64,000 nt of DNA, from NCBI GenBank assembly GCA_963798845.1, contig CAWCUS010000001.1, positions 631,850 through 695,849 on the forward strand, in the 5' to 3' direction. Origin of the DNA: an uncultured Gemmatimonadales bacterium. Its GTDB lineage: Bacteria; Gemmatimonadota; Gemmatimonadetes; Longimicrobiales; RSA9. A model generated the notes under the pieces. It ran no database searches, was not told the origin of the DNA, and was given only the letters and a program-made list of their open reading frames with translations. Within the stretch, counting starts at the first letter, position 1. Every line of letters begins with the position of its first letter. Shown here piece by piece: positions 35,022 through 44,442 of the stretch. Position numbers and translations under genes: made by a program.

Positions 35022-35435
35022 ATGAACGTGCTCCGACTCACCCGCCGCCTCGGGTCTGTGGGCGTGGCCATCGCCGCGCTCCTCCTTCCCGCATGCAATC
35101 CGCTGGACCTGGGTCACGATACCGTCACCCTCGAAGTCGACAGCGAGGACGGCTCGGCCGTCCGCCTCATCACTTCGTACGACTTCACAGTCTACTTCGA
35201 GCAGGCCGGGCAGGAGCAGTTTCTCCTGCACGAGGCGGATACCACCTGGGTCGACACGCCGTTCACCGGCGACTACGACCTCTCGGACACCGGCCGCTTC
35301 TACGCCCGCGCCATCGAGGCCGAGAACCCGGAGACGAGCGTGTCGATGCGCGCGCTCGTGGACGGAGATGAGGTCTTCTTCCGGGACGTGGTGCTCACGG
35401 GTGACGGCACTCAGTTCTACTACCGGCAGCGCTGA
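35022..35435 (+). CDS. Hypothetical small lipoprotein
   Basis: 137 aa with a lipobox (ALLLPAC). Codon position 3 is coding-like. No family recognised. Confidence 0.55.
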   Translation: MNVLRLTRRLGSVGVAIAALLLPACNPLDLGHDTVTLEVDSEDGSAVRLITSYDFTVYFEQAGQEQFLLHEADTTWVDTPFTGDYDLSDTGRFYARAIEAENPETSVSMRALVDGDEVFFRDVVLTGDGTQFYYRQR

Positions 35436-35472
35436 CCGTACGCCCCATCGGACCGGGGGCGCGCCGCCTTGC

Positions 35473-35502
35473 TTGACACCCTCTCCGTGTCACTCCTATC
35501 TT
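35473..35502 (+). promoter_or_regulatory. Candidate sigma70-type promoter for SusC/SusD locus 2 (TTGACA-N18-TATCTT)
   Basis: TTGACA at 35473..35478, an 18-nt spacer, then TATCTT at 35497..35502, in the least GC-rich part of the intergenic region. This implies a leader of about 245 nt before the SusC ATG. Confidence 0.45.
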
Positions 35503-35639
35503 GGCGTTAGCCTGCCGAAATCGATAACAAAAGGGCCGGTTCACCTTCCCCGCCGACGGGCGCGAGCCAGCGGCGTGGGTGGCCCGCCCTCTTAACAGTC
35601 TCACATAGGCGCGTTCCGTTCCCTGCCAAGGAGGTCACA

Positions 35640-35666
35640 ATGCGTGGCGTACTCGTCCCGCCGTAG
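35640..35666 (+). CDS. Candidate 8-codon leader peptide (MRGVLVPP-stop) in the SusC leader
   Basis: ATG is preceded by a canonical AAGGAGG at 5-nt spacing, the strongest SD seen in the window. The ORF ends Pro-Pro-TAG. Short inverted repeats follow (CCTGC..GCAGG). Confidence 0.3.
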   Translation: MRGVLVPP

Positions 35667-35751
35667 CCGGTGTGCATCGTCACCAGACACGGATGTCCCC
35701 TGCCCGGCCCCTAGGCAGGTCCGGTACATCATCCCCCGATTGGAGGCGTTT

Positions 35752-38700
35752 ATGATCAGGAGATTTGGTTCGGTTGTGCTCCTGCTTGCGGCGCTGTTCC
35801 TGCCAGCAGGGCTTGCCGCGCAGGGTGCAGTCATCACCGGCACGGTCCACAACCAGTCGCTGGAGCCCGTGCGCGGCGCGGTGGTTTCCGTGCAGGGCAT
35901 GCGCCTGTCGACGGTGAGCAATGAGCAGGGCTTCTACCGCCTGCAGCTTCCGGAGGGCGCCCGCGGGCAGATCACGCTGGGCGTGGAAATCATCGGATAC
36001 CGCCCGGCCACCGTGGAAGTCACGGTCACGGGTGGCACGATGCGCCAGGACATCTCCCTCGTGGAGCAGGCCATCGCCCTCAATGAGATCGTGGTCACCG
36101 GGACGGCGGGAACGCAGTCCCGGCGAGCCCAGGCAGCCGTGGTCTCCACGGTGGACGCGGCCCAGGTTACGGAAGTGGCGCCCGTCTCGTCGATCACCCA
36201 GCTGCTTCAGTCCCGCGTCCCGGGCATGGACGTGCAGGTCTCGGGCGGGAATCTGGGCAGCACGCAGGTGATCCGCATGCGCGGCCAGGCTTCGCTCACG
36301 CTGTCCAACGAGCCGCTGATCTTCATCGACGGCGTGCGCGCGGACCAGCGGAACGACGCCCTCTACTACGCGGTCGGGGGTCAGCAGACCAGCCGTCTGA
36401 ACGACCTCCGTCCCGAGGACATCGCGGACATCGAAGTGATCAAGGGCCCCGCGGCAGCCGCGCTCTACGGTGCGGACGCGTCGGCGGGCGTGATCCAGAT
36501 CATCACCAAGCAGGGTCAGCAGAATTCGACGTTCACACAGACGCTCTCGGCGGAATACCAGGCGCTCGACTGGGGTTACTGGACTCCGCCGGACAACTGG
36601 GCCGCCTGCACCTCGTCCGCGGTGGCGAACGCGGACAACCCGCTGTGCTACGGCAACGCGGTGGGCACCCTGGTTCACGACAACCCGCTGCTGCGGACGG
36701 ACGCGATCCAGCAGGGGTACCGGCAGTCCCTGAACTGGTCCGGCACGGGCGGTGGCTCGAATTACGGCTACTACGTCTCGCTGGGCGGGGACAAGGGCGA
36801 GGGCGCGTTCGTGAACAACAAGCAGAACAACGTCTCGGCCCGAGGCAACTTCAACTTCCAGCCCACACCGAAGCTGCGCATCGAGATGGGGATGGGCCTG
36901 GTGCGGGCGGAGACGCAGCTGCCGCGCAACGACAACGACATCTACGGCTGGCTCGGTGGCGCCATGCTCGGCAGCCCGACCAGCCTGGGCACGACGCGCG
37001 ACGGCTGGTACGCCCCGAACCGGCAGAACGCCGCCATCGCGGCGTACGAGAACATCAACACGAACATGCGGACCACTCCGCGGCTTCAGGTCAACTACAG
37101 CCCGTTCCAGTGGATGACCAACCGGCTGACAATGGGCGGAGACCTGAGCCGCATGGAAGCGCACTACTTCTACCCCAAGAACGACAACGGGTGGTACTCG
37201 GGCGTCTACAACACCGGACAGATCGCCCAGGCGCGTCAGAACTATGACCGCTACACGGTCGACTACCTGGGCAACATCGCGAACGCGCTCACGAGCACGG
37301 TGAGCTCGGACCTGTCGCTCGGCACGCAGATCCTGTACACCCGCTACGACCGGACGAGCGCCACGGGGATCGGGCTGACCACGAACGCGGCCAACGCGAT
37401 CGACCAGGCGGCGCAGACCACGGGCGGCCAGACCTTCAACGAGGAAGCGCAGGTGGGCTTCTTCGGGCAGTGGCAGGTCGGCTTCTCGGAGCGGCTGTAC
37501 CTCCAAATGGCCGGGCGGCTGGACCAGCACTCGGCGTTCGGCGTGAACGCGGACTGGTTCTTCAGCCCGAAGATCGGCGCCTCGTGGGTGGTGTCCGACG
37601 AGCCGTTCTGGCAGGGGCACATGCCCGCGATGATCAGCACGCTGCGCGTCCGCGCCGCGTACGGGACCACGGGCCGCTCGCCCACGCAGGGCGCGCTGGC
37701 CACGTACACCGCCTCCCCGTTCGCCTTCGTCGACCGGACCGTGGGTTCGGGCGTACAGGCAGAGGATCTGGGCAACCCCGATCTCAAGCCGGAGCGCGGG
37801 ACGGAGATCGAGGCGGGATTCGAGGCCGGTCTCTTCGATGAGCGCCTGGGCCTCGAGCTGACCTACTTCAACAAGGTCGGCACGGACGTGATCCTGCGGC
37901 GGCCGCTGCCGCCCTCGGCAGGGTTCACGCAGAACCAGCTGGTCAACATCGGCGAGGTTCTGAACAGCGGCTTCGAGATCTCGGCCAATGCCCGCATGCT
38001 CACCGCGAGCAACCTGTCCTGGGATGTCCGCGTGGGAATGAACACCCTCCACAGCGAGATCAAGGACCTGGGCGGAGTCGAGCCGTACTGGACGGGCTGG
38101 GCGCAGCAGAACAAGGAAGGGTACGAGGCGCACGCGTTCTTCACCCGCCAGGTGGAGCACTTCGTCCTCGACTCGAGCGATCCGCAGGCTTCCATCTGCG
38201 GCACGGACGCCGACGGGCAGTTCGCGCAGTGCGCGATCGTGACCTCGGAGGAGACGTACAAGGGGCACTACATGCCCACGTTCGAGGGCAACCTGTCGTC
38301 CACCCTCACGTTCCTGCGCAACTTCCGCGTCTACGCGCTGCTGGACTGGAAGAACAACTTCATGATCTACAACAACACGGACCAGTTCCGTGAGCGGCAG
38401 TTCGGGCAGGGCGAGCGCTGGGTCCGTCGCAACGACCCGACGTTCAACCAGAGCGACGAGGAACGCCTCCGTCGCTTCGGGCCGTTCTACTACATGGACG
38501 AGAACGGCGCGTACCAGCCCCTGTCGGCGGGCAACGTGGACGACGCGTACGTGGAGCCGGGTGACTTCACCCGTCTGCGCGAGGTCTCGCTCCACTACAG
38601 CATTCCGGACCAGATCGCGGCCCTGGCCCACGTCTCAGGCGCCACCCTGTCGGTGGGCGGACGCAACCTGGCGCTGTGGACCAAGTACTCGGGCCCGGAC

Positions 38701-38799
38701 CCGGAGGTGTCGCTGTATCTCACCAGCGACGAGCGCTCCGACTTCCTGACGCTGCCGTCAGCGCGGAGCGGGTTCGTCAAGCTCACCTTCCGGTTCTGA
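35752..38799 (+). CDS. SusC/RagA-type TonB-dependent outer-membrane receptor
   Basis: Signal peptide, CarboxypepD_reg-like domain (ITGTVHNQSLEPVRGAVVSVQGMRLSTVSNEQGFYRL), plug (IADIEVIKGPAAAALYGADASAGVIQIITKQG), and a barrel ending ..GFVKLTFRF. ATG is preceded by GGAGG. Confidence 0.93.
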   Translation: MIRRFGSVVLLLAALFLPAGLAAQGAVITGTVHNQSLEPVRGAVVSVQGMRLSTVSNEQGFYRLQLPEGARGQITLGVEIIGYRPATVEVTVTGGTMRQDISLVEQAIALNEIVVTGTAGTQSRRAQAAVVSTVDAAQVTEVAPVSSITQLLQSRVPGMDVQVSGGNLGSTQVIRMRGQASLTLSNEPLIFIDGVRADQRNDALYYAVGGQQTSRLNDLRPEDIADIEVIKGPAAAALYGADASAGVIQIITKQGQQNSTFTQTLSAEYQALDWGYWTPPDNWAACTSSAVANADNPLCYGNAVGTLVHDNPLLRTDAIQQGYRQSLNWSGTGGGSNYGYYVSLGGDKGEGAFVNNKQNNVSARGNFNFQPTPKLRIEMGMGLVRAETQLPRNDNDIYGWLGGAMLGSPTSLGTTRDGWYAPNRQNAAIAAYENINTNMRTTPRLQVNYSPFQWMTNRLTMGGDLSRMEAHYFYPKNDNGWYSGVYNTGQIAQARQNYDRYTVDYLGNIANALTSTVSSDLSLGTQILYTRYDRTSATGIGLTTNAANAIDQAAQTTGGQTFNEEAQVGFFGQWQVGFSERLYLQMAGRLDQHSAFGVNADWFFSPKIGASWVVSDEPFWQGHMPAMISTLRVRAAYGTTGRSPTQGALATYTASPFAFVDRTVGSGVQAEDLGNPDLKPERGTEIEAGFEAGLFDERLGLELTYFNKVGTDVILRRPLPPSAGFTQNQLVNIGEVLNSGFEISANARMLTASNLSWDVRVGMNTLHSEIKDLGGVEPYWTGWAQQNKEGYEAHAFFTRQVEHFVLDSSDPQASICGTDADGQFAQCAIVTSEETYKGHYMPTFEGNLSSTLTFLRNFRVYALLDWKNNFMIYNNTDQFRERQFGQGERWVRRNDPTFNQSDEERLRRFGPFYYMDENGAYQPLSAGNVDDAYVEPGDFTRLREVSLHYSIPDQIAALAHVSGATLSVGGRNLALWTKYSGPDPEVSLYLTSDERSDFLTLPSARSGFVKLTFRF

Positions 38800-38808
38800 G
38801 GAGGAGCC

Positions 38809-40155
38809 ATGAACACGACGATCCGTAGCGGTTTCGCCGTCGCGCTCCTCGCCGCCGCCAGTCTGGCGGCCACGGCGTGCGACAACTTCCTGGATGTGAA
38901 GACGCCGTACACGATTGCGGCGAACAGCGTCGATCCGGTCAACGACGCGGTGGCGTTCTCCAACTCCTCCTGGCAGAACTACGTGGAGGCGCTGGGCGAT
39001 TTCGCGGTCTACGAGGCGTGGTTCACCAACTCGCTGCGCGTCGGGGACACGTTCCCCACGCGGAACGAGTTCGGCCGACGGTTCCTCGACGACCGGACCA
39101 ACGGCACGCTCAACACAGAGCTGTGGACCCCCATCTCCAGGGCGGTGGCATCGGCCGAGGACGGCCTCGTGCTGCTCGCGGAGCTGGATGACAGCGACAT
39201 CAACCGGACCCGCCTGTATCTGACAACGGGCTTCGCGTCGCTGACCATGGCCGAGTCGTTCTGCACGGGCGTGATCCGCGAGGGGCCGGACGCGCCATCG
39301 CCGGAGCTGACGAGGGCGCAGATGCTGGAGCACGCCATCGAGCGGTTCCAGCAGACCATCTCCTCCGGCACGGCCAACGGCACGGCCAACGGCGTCGCAA
39401 TGGCCAATGCGGCGCGCGTGGGCCTGGCCCGGGCGCACCTGTTCCACGGTGACCTGGCGTCGGTGGCGGGCAATGTGAGCGGGCTGCCCGCCGGCTTCGA
39501 GTTCAATGCCGTGTACGTGGATGACGCGGGCAACCGCGGCCGTCTGGGCAACACGGTGTTCGCGTTCTCCGGCCGCACCGCCAACCGCGAGAGCGGGGTG
39601 GTGGGACCGGAGTGGCGGGCGCTCGGTCAGGGAGTGGACGTTTCCCCCACGCAGCCGTTCGCCGGCGAGGTCGACGGCGATGCGCGCGTGAGCTGGCGTT
39701 TCGAGGGTCGCACGGCGCAGGACGGCGTGCACGCCTTCGTGTTCCAGACCACGCATGACGGCTGGGATGCCCCGCTCGTGGTGGCCAGCGAGCTCGAGGC
39801 GAAGTACCTCGTGCAGCAGGCCAGTGGCACGGACGCGACCCGGATCGATTTCATCAACGAGCGCCGGACGGCCAATGGCCTCGCCGCGCTTTCGGCCGGT
39901 GACTTCGCCGGTCCGGACGCCATCCTGGAGGAGCTGCTCTTCCAGAAGAGCCTCGACTTCTGGCTCACGGCCCGCCGCATGGCGGACTGGCGCTGGTACA
40001 CGGGTGATGGCGCCACGGCGCGCAGCACGCACTTCCGCTACGTCCTCGAGCCCACCGACGAGTACTACAAGCCGGAAGTGGGCGGGATGGGCAACCAGGT
40101 GTGCTGGCCGCTGCCCTACAACGAGTACTCGCGGAACACGGACATCAACCGGTAG
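38809..40155 (+). CDS. SusD/RagB-family outer-membrane lipoprotein
   Basis: Lipobox (AASLAATAC). Lies 9 nt downstream of SusC. SusD-like C-terminal motif (EELLFQKSLDFWLTARRMADWRW). Confidence 0.85.
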   Translation: MNTTIRSGFAVALLAAASLAATACDNFLDVKTPYTIAANSVDPVNDAVAFSNSSWQNYVEALGDFAVYEAWFTNSLRVGDTFPTRNEFGRRFLDDRTNGTLNTELWTPISRAVASAEDGLVLLAELDDSDINRTRLYLTTGFASLTMAESFCTGVIREGPDAPSPELTRAQMLEHAIERFQQTISSGTANGTANGVAMANAARVGLARAHLFHGDLASVAGNVSGLPAGFEFNAVYVDDAGNRGRLGNTVFAFSGRTANRESGVVGPEWRALGQGVDVSPTQPFAGEVDGDARVSWRFEGRTAQDGVHAFVFQTTHDGWDAPLVVASELEAKYLVQQASGTDATRIDFINERRTANGLAALSAGDFAGPDAILEELLFQKSLDFWLTARRMADWRWYTGDGATARSTHFRYVLEPTDEYYKPEVGGMGNQVCWPLPYNEYSRNTDINR

Positions 40156-40167
40156 TCACGACGACCA

Positions 40168-40193
40168 GGCGGGGCGGCGCACGCCGCCCCGCC
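40168..40193 (+). terminator. Strong GC hairpin after SusD (putative intrinsic terminator or attenuator, no U-tract)
   Basis: GGCGGGGCGGC-gcac-GCCGCCCCGCC, a perfect 11-bp stem with a 4-nt loop, 13 nt after the TAG. Confidence 0.5.
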
Positions 40194-40330
40194 GCTGCCC
40201 GTGTGCCCGGCGCGAGCATCGGCTTGTGCCGGGCACGCTGTCTTTCCAGGGCGGTTTGCGGCTGGTATCTCGTCTCACGGCCGCCGGCCGTCCAACCCGA
40301 GCTCACGTCTGCAGCGTCATGGAGGCGCCC

Positions 40331-42379
40331 ATGCACCGCGCTCCGTTGTTCGCCCTGGCCGCCGCGCTGGCGGCCACCGCCTTTCCCCGCCCCGCTGCCG
40401 CGCAGCAGCAAGACGGGCGGCTCCAGCTGGCATCCTTTCTCGAGTGGGAGACCGTTTCGGGCCCCCGGCTCTCGCCCGATGGCCGGCAGGTCCTCTTCAC
40501 CCGCCGGCACGTGGACAAGATGAACGATCGTTGGACCGGAGCGCTCTGGCTCATCAACACGGACGGTTCGAAGCTCCGGTTCCTCACCAATGGCGGCGAC
40601 GCCGAGTGGTCGCCGGACGGCACGCGCACGGCATACACCGCCAGCGGGGCACCGGACGGGACCCAGGTCTTCGTACGCTGGATGGACGCGGAGGGGGCGA
40701 CCACGCAGGTGACCCACGTCACCGAGGCTCCCTCCAACCTCGCCTGGAGCCCGGACGGGACGTGGATCGCCTTCTCGATGCTGGTGCCGAAGGCGGACAG
40801 CTGGAAGATCGCAATGCCGGCGAAGCCCGAGGGGGCGAAGTGGACGGAGACGCCCCGCATCGTCCAGAGCGTGGACTACCGCCAGGACCGCCGCGGCTTC
40901 AATGAGGAAGGGCACAGGCATATCTTCGTGGTCCCCGCCACGGGCGGGACACCGAGGCAGATCACGAGTGGCGACTGGGACCATACGAGCCCGGAATGGA
41001 CGCCCGACGGCCGCGCCATCCTCTTCTCCACCCTTCGCACCGAGGACTCCGAATACGCCTGGCGCGAGTCGGAGGTCTACCGCGTGGACGTGGAGACAGG
41101 TGAAATCTCGCAGCTCACGCACCGCCGCGGGCCCGACTACGCTCCGCGCGTCTCCCCGGACGGCCGTCGCATCGCCTACGTGGGCTACGACTGGAGCAAT
41201 GACACGTTCCAGGAGTCCATGCTTTACGTCATGGACGCCGACGGCTCCAACCCGCGGGCGCTGACCGCTTCGCTGGACCGCTCGCCGAGCGGCCACATGT
41301 GGGCGCCGGACGGGAGCGGCGTCTATTTCAACGTGAGCCGGGAAGGCGTGCGCGATCTCTACTTCGTCTCACTGGACGGGAGCGTCCGCCGGGTCACGGA
41401 GGGGAGCCACGTGCTGGACGTGGCGGACATACGAGGGCGGACAGCGGTGGGCGTGCGGGCGGAACCGCAGGCGCCGGGCGACATCGTCGCCTTCGACCTC
41501 CGTCGCCCGGCGGAGATGCGCCAGCTGACCGCAGTCAACGCCAATGTGCTACACGGCGTGGAGCTGGGCGAAGTGGAGGAGATCTGGTACCCGTCGCTGG
41601 ACGGGTTCCGGATCCAGGGCTGGGTCATCAAGCCCCCGGATTTCGACCCGACGCGCAAGTACCCGCTCATGCTCACCATCCACGGCGGTCCGCACGCCAT
41701 GTACGACGCGGGCTTCAACTTCGCCTGGCAGGAACACGCGGCCCACGGGTACGTGGTGCTCTACCTCAACCCTCGGGGCAGCTCCGGCTATGGCAGCGCG
41801 TTCGGGAACGCCATCAAGAACGACTACCCGAACAAGGACTACAACGACCTGATGACCGGCGTGGACACGGTCATCAACCGCGGCTACATCGACAGCGACA
41901 ACATGTTCGTGTACGGGTGCAGCGGCGGCGGCGTGCTCACGGCCTGGACGGTGGGTCATACCGACCGCTTCCGCGCGGCGTCGGCCAACTGCGCGGTCAT
42001 CGACTGGATCAGCTTCGTGGGGAATACGGACTCGCCCAACTGGTACCGCAACTTCGCGCACTATCCCTGGGAGGACCCGAGCGAGCATCTGCGCCGCTCG
42101 CCGCTGATGTACGCGGGCAACGTGAAGACGCCCACCATGCTCATGACGGGCGTCCTGGACCTGCGCACGCCCATCCCCCAGACCGAGGAGTTCTACGAGG
42201 CGCTCAAGGTGCTGAAGGTCCCCACGGCCATGGTCCGTTTCAACAACGAGTGGCACGGGACCAGCTCCACACCGTCGAACTTCCTGCGCACGCAGCTCTA
42301 CCTGCGCTACTGGTTCGAGAAATGGGGCACGCACGACGAGCACGCGTCCGGCCCGGTGGCCGGTCATGCCAACCATTGA
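40331..42379 (+). CDS. Secreted S9-family serine peptidase (beta-propeller plus alpha/beta-hydrolase; acylaminoacyl/prolyl oligopeptidase-like)
   Basis: Signal peptide. Repeated WSPDG propeller motifs. Catalytic domain has the GCSGGG nucleophile elbow plus downstream Asp/His regions. ATG at 40331 is preceded by GGAGG; an alternative ATG lies at 40319. Confidence 0.88.
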   Translation: MHRAPLFALAAALAATAFPRPAAAQQQDGRLQLASFLEWETVSGPRLSPDGRQVLFTRRHVDKMNDRWTGALWLINTDGSKLRFLTNGGDAEWSPDGTRTAYTASGAPDGTQVFVRWMDAEGATTQVTHVTEAPSNLAWSPDGTWIAFSMLVPKADSWKIAMPAKPEGAKWTETPRIVQSVDYRQDRRGFNEEGHRHIFVVPATGGTPRQITSGDWDHTSPEWTPDGRAILFSTLRTEDSEYAWRESEVYRVDVETGEISQLTHRRGPDYAPRVSPDGRRIAYVGYDWSNDTFQESMLYVMDADGSNPRALTASLDRSPSGHMWAPDGSGVYFNVSREGVRDLYFVSLDGSVRRVTEGSHVLDVADIRGRTAVGVRAEPQAPGDIVAFDLRRPAEMRQLTAVNANVLHGVELGEVEEIWYPSLDGFRIQGWVIKPPDFDPTRKYPLMLTIHGGPHAMYDAGFNFAWQEHAAHGYVVLYLNPRGSSGYGSAFGNAIKNDYPNKDYNDLMTGVDTVINRGYIDSDNMFVYGCSGGGVLTAWTVGHTDRFRAASANCAVIDWISFVGNTDSPNWYRNFAHYPWEDPSEHLRRSPLMYAGNVKTPTMLMTGVLDLRTPIPQTEEFYEALKVLKVPTAMVRFNNEWHGTSSTPSNFLRTQLYLRYWFEKWGTHDEHASGPVAGHANH

Positions 42380-42416
42380 GCCCGGCGCCGCACACCGGAT
42401 TCCACGAGGAGGTTCG

Positions 42417-42821
42417 ATGAAGAAGATGATGCTGGGGCTGGCCCTCGCGCTCGCGTTCACCGGCGCCTGCGCCACGGCCGGCACCTCCGGCGGACCGGCC
42501 GGGTCCTCGCGCGACACGCTGGAGCGCGACGAGATCGCGGCGGAAGGCGGGCAGATCCGCACGGCCTACGACGCAGTGGAGCAGCTCCGGCCGCAGTTCC
42601 TCCGCAACCGCCCGAACGCGACGGTGGGCGTCGGCGCGGCCACGGTGGAGCCCGTGGTGGTCTATGTGGACGGGATCCAGCGGGGCGGCGTGGCCGAGCT
42701 CAGGAACATCCCGATCGAGCGCGTGCTGCGGATCCACTACGTGCGCCCGACGGACGCCCAGACCCGCTACGGGATCGGCCACGGCAGCGGGGTCATCGAG
42801 GTGACAACCATCACCGGCTGA
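42417..42821 (+). CDS. Small lipoprotein with a TonB-receptor-plug-like segment
   Basis: Strong SD (GAGGAGG). Lipobox (LAFTGAC). The C-terminal VVYVDGIQRGGVAELRNIPIERVLRIHYV...GSGVIEVTT resembles the plug core motif. Confidence 0.6.
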   Translation: MKKMMLGLALALAFTGACATAGTSGGPAGSSRDTLERDEIAAEGGQIRTAYDAVEQLRPQFLRNRPNATVGVGAATVEPVVVYVDGIQRGGVAELRNIPIERVLRIHYVRPTDAQTRYGIGHGSGVIEVTTITG

Positions 42822-42825
42822 CCCA

Positions 42826-44442
42826 TCACGGGCCACCGCCCCGCTTCGAGTCGAGGTAGGGGCCGCGGCCACGGCTCCAGATCACGAGCGCGCCGTTCAG
42901 CGCGGCGCGCTCGCCCCACCGGAACGCGCTCATCGGCGGCAGGAACTCGATGCTCTCGATCTGCCACACCCCCATCGTGTTCAACATCTCGGCCCCGCGC
43001 ACCGTGGCCACGCCGTCGATCACGATCGCGAGCATCTCGCACCAGGGGAGCGTGGTCTCCTGCTCGGGCACGACGAACCGCTGGAGGGCACGGCTGCTCT
43101 GCACGCAGACGCCATACTCCACTCCGTCCGAAGTCTCGAACCGCCCCTCCTGCACGCGCAAGCTCGGGATCTGGCTCAGCAGCTCCGTGACCGACGCCGC
43201 CCTCAGGTCGGCGAGGCGCATGTCCGCACCCGCGACCACGTGCGGCGCCTGCGTGGCGGCGCGCGCGGACCGGGTCTCGGCTGTCGTCGCCCGCACCACG
43301 AGGGCGTCGAGGGTGATGGCGCGTGGCGCCGTCCGGAGCTCCACCACCACGCTGGCCCCGGCCGGCACGCCCACCGGTTGCGACGCGCGGTCGTAGCCCA
43401 GCCGCTCCACCTGGAACACGTACGACCCTTTCTGAAGGTCGTCGAAGCGGAAATTCCCCGCGTCGTCGGTCAGCGTTTCCCGCCCCCGCACCCGCACCAC
43501 GGCGCCCGGGACCGGTGCGTCCGTGTCGGCGTCCAGGAGCCGCCCCAGCACCGTGGAGAGCGAATCGGGTCGCATCAGCGGCGAGGACTCCACCACCCGG
43601 ACCGACGACGGCCTTCCCACCTCCAGCCCGAGGTCCATGCGCGCCAGCGCGCCGGGATGCACGCGCACGTCCGATTGCCGCGGCCCGATCCGGCCGAGCG
43701 CCGTCAGCCATACCGTCAGCGGGACATCCGCGGCAACATCGCACAGCACGAACCGGCCTGCCGCGTCGGTCCTCGCCTCCGCCTGTGTGCGCCGCCCCCC
43801 CGCCACCTCCCACTCCGCCACCACCGTGGCCGCCGGAAGACGCACCGACGTGGCCGGGTCGAACGCCACGCCCGCCAGCACTCCGCGCGACCCTGCCGCC
43901 GCGCTCCCCGGATCCTGCGTCGGCGAACCGTCCGCCCGCGGCAGCGCGCACGCGCGTGCGCGGTCGTACAGCTCCGACGGGATGGTCAGGATGAGCGGAT
44001 CCGGGGGAGCATCGGCCCCGATCACGATCGGCCCCGCCACTGAGCTGCTCGCCCCTCCGAGCCTCGCCTGCACGTGGTAGCGACCCGGCTTCAGCTGCGA
44101 AAAGGCGAAGCCCCCGTCCTCGCCCAATGCCGTCGCACCCACGACCGCCATTGCCTCGCTGAGCAGCTCGACGCTCGCCCCCGCCACCGGCTCCTGCCAT
44201 CCCGCCATGACCACCCGCCCGTGCACTGCCACCTGCCCGGCGCACCGGGAAGCGGCGACCGGGAGTGGCCCGAACAGCGCCACCAGAGCCAGCACCGTGG
44301 CCGCGGCTCCGGGGCCAGTCCGCCCTGGCCTGCCGCAGGCAATGCCGTGCCGCCAGCGAACCCGCGGAGGAAGTGGCGCACTCCAGGCGTGCGTCACACG
44401 TGGGGCGTCCGGGACGTGGGGCGGAATGGCGGGATCGGACAT
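42826..44442 (-). CDS. CarboxypepD_reg-repeat protein ending in a TonB-receptor-plug-like domain, with no beta-barrel
   Basis: Three CarboxypepD_reg-like repeats (..VHGRVVMAGWQEPVAGASVELL..GGFAFSQLKPGRYHV; ..LAGVAFDPATSVRLPAATVVAEW..GRFVLCDV; ..VLGRLLDADTDAPVPGAVVRVRGRETLTDDAGNFRFDDLQKGSYVF). A plug-like C-terminus follows (VTELLSQIPSLRV ... AIVIDGV ... IESIEFL). The start is uncertain (44442 or 44490). Confidence 0.7.
   Translation of the reverse strand: MSDPAIPPHVPDAPRVTHAWSAPLPPRVRWRHGIACGRPGRTGPGAAATVLALVALFGPLPVAASRCAGQVAVHGRVVMAGWQEPVAGASVELLSEAMAVVGATALGEDGGFAFSQLKPGRYHVQARLGGASSSVAGPIVIGADAPPDPLILTIPSELYDRARACALPRADGSPTQDPGSAAAGSRGVLAGVAFDPATSVRLPAATVVAEWEVAGGRRTQAEARTDAAGRFVLCDVAADVPLTVWLTALGRIGPRQSDVRVHPGALARMDLGLEVGRPSSVRVVESSPLMRPDSLSTVLGRLLDADTDAPVPGAVVRVRGRETLTDDAGNFRFDDLQKGSYVFQVERLGYDRASQPVGVPAGASVVVELRTAPRAITLDALVVRATTAETRSARAATQAPHVVAGADMRLADLRAASVTELLSQIPSLRVQEGRFETSDGVEYGVCVQSSRALQRFVVPEQETTLPWCEMLAIVIDGVATVRGAEMLNTMGVWQIESIEFLPPMSAFRWGERAALNGALVIWSRGRGPYLDSKRGGGP

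Noticed and set aside
35503-35751. A riboswitch (cobalamin, TPP or similar) in the long leader of the second SusC gene.
   Set aside because: I looked for a B12-box-like element and for the TPP CUGAGA / ACCUGAUCUGGAUAAUGCCAGCG-type cores and found none. Only generic GC hairpins and the short uORF are visible. A covariance-model scan would be needed to exclude other RNA families.
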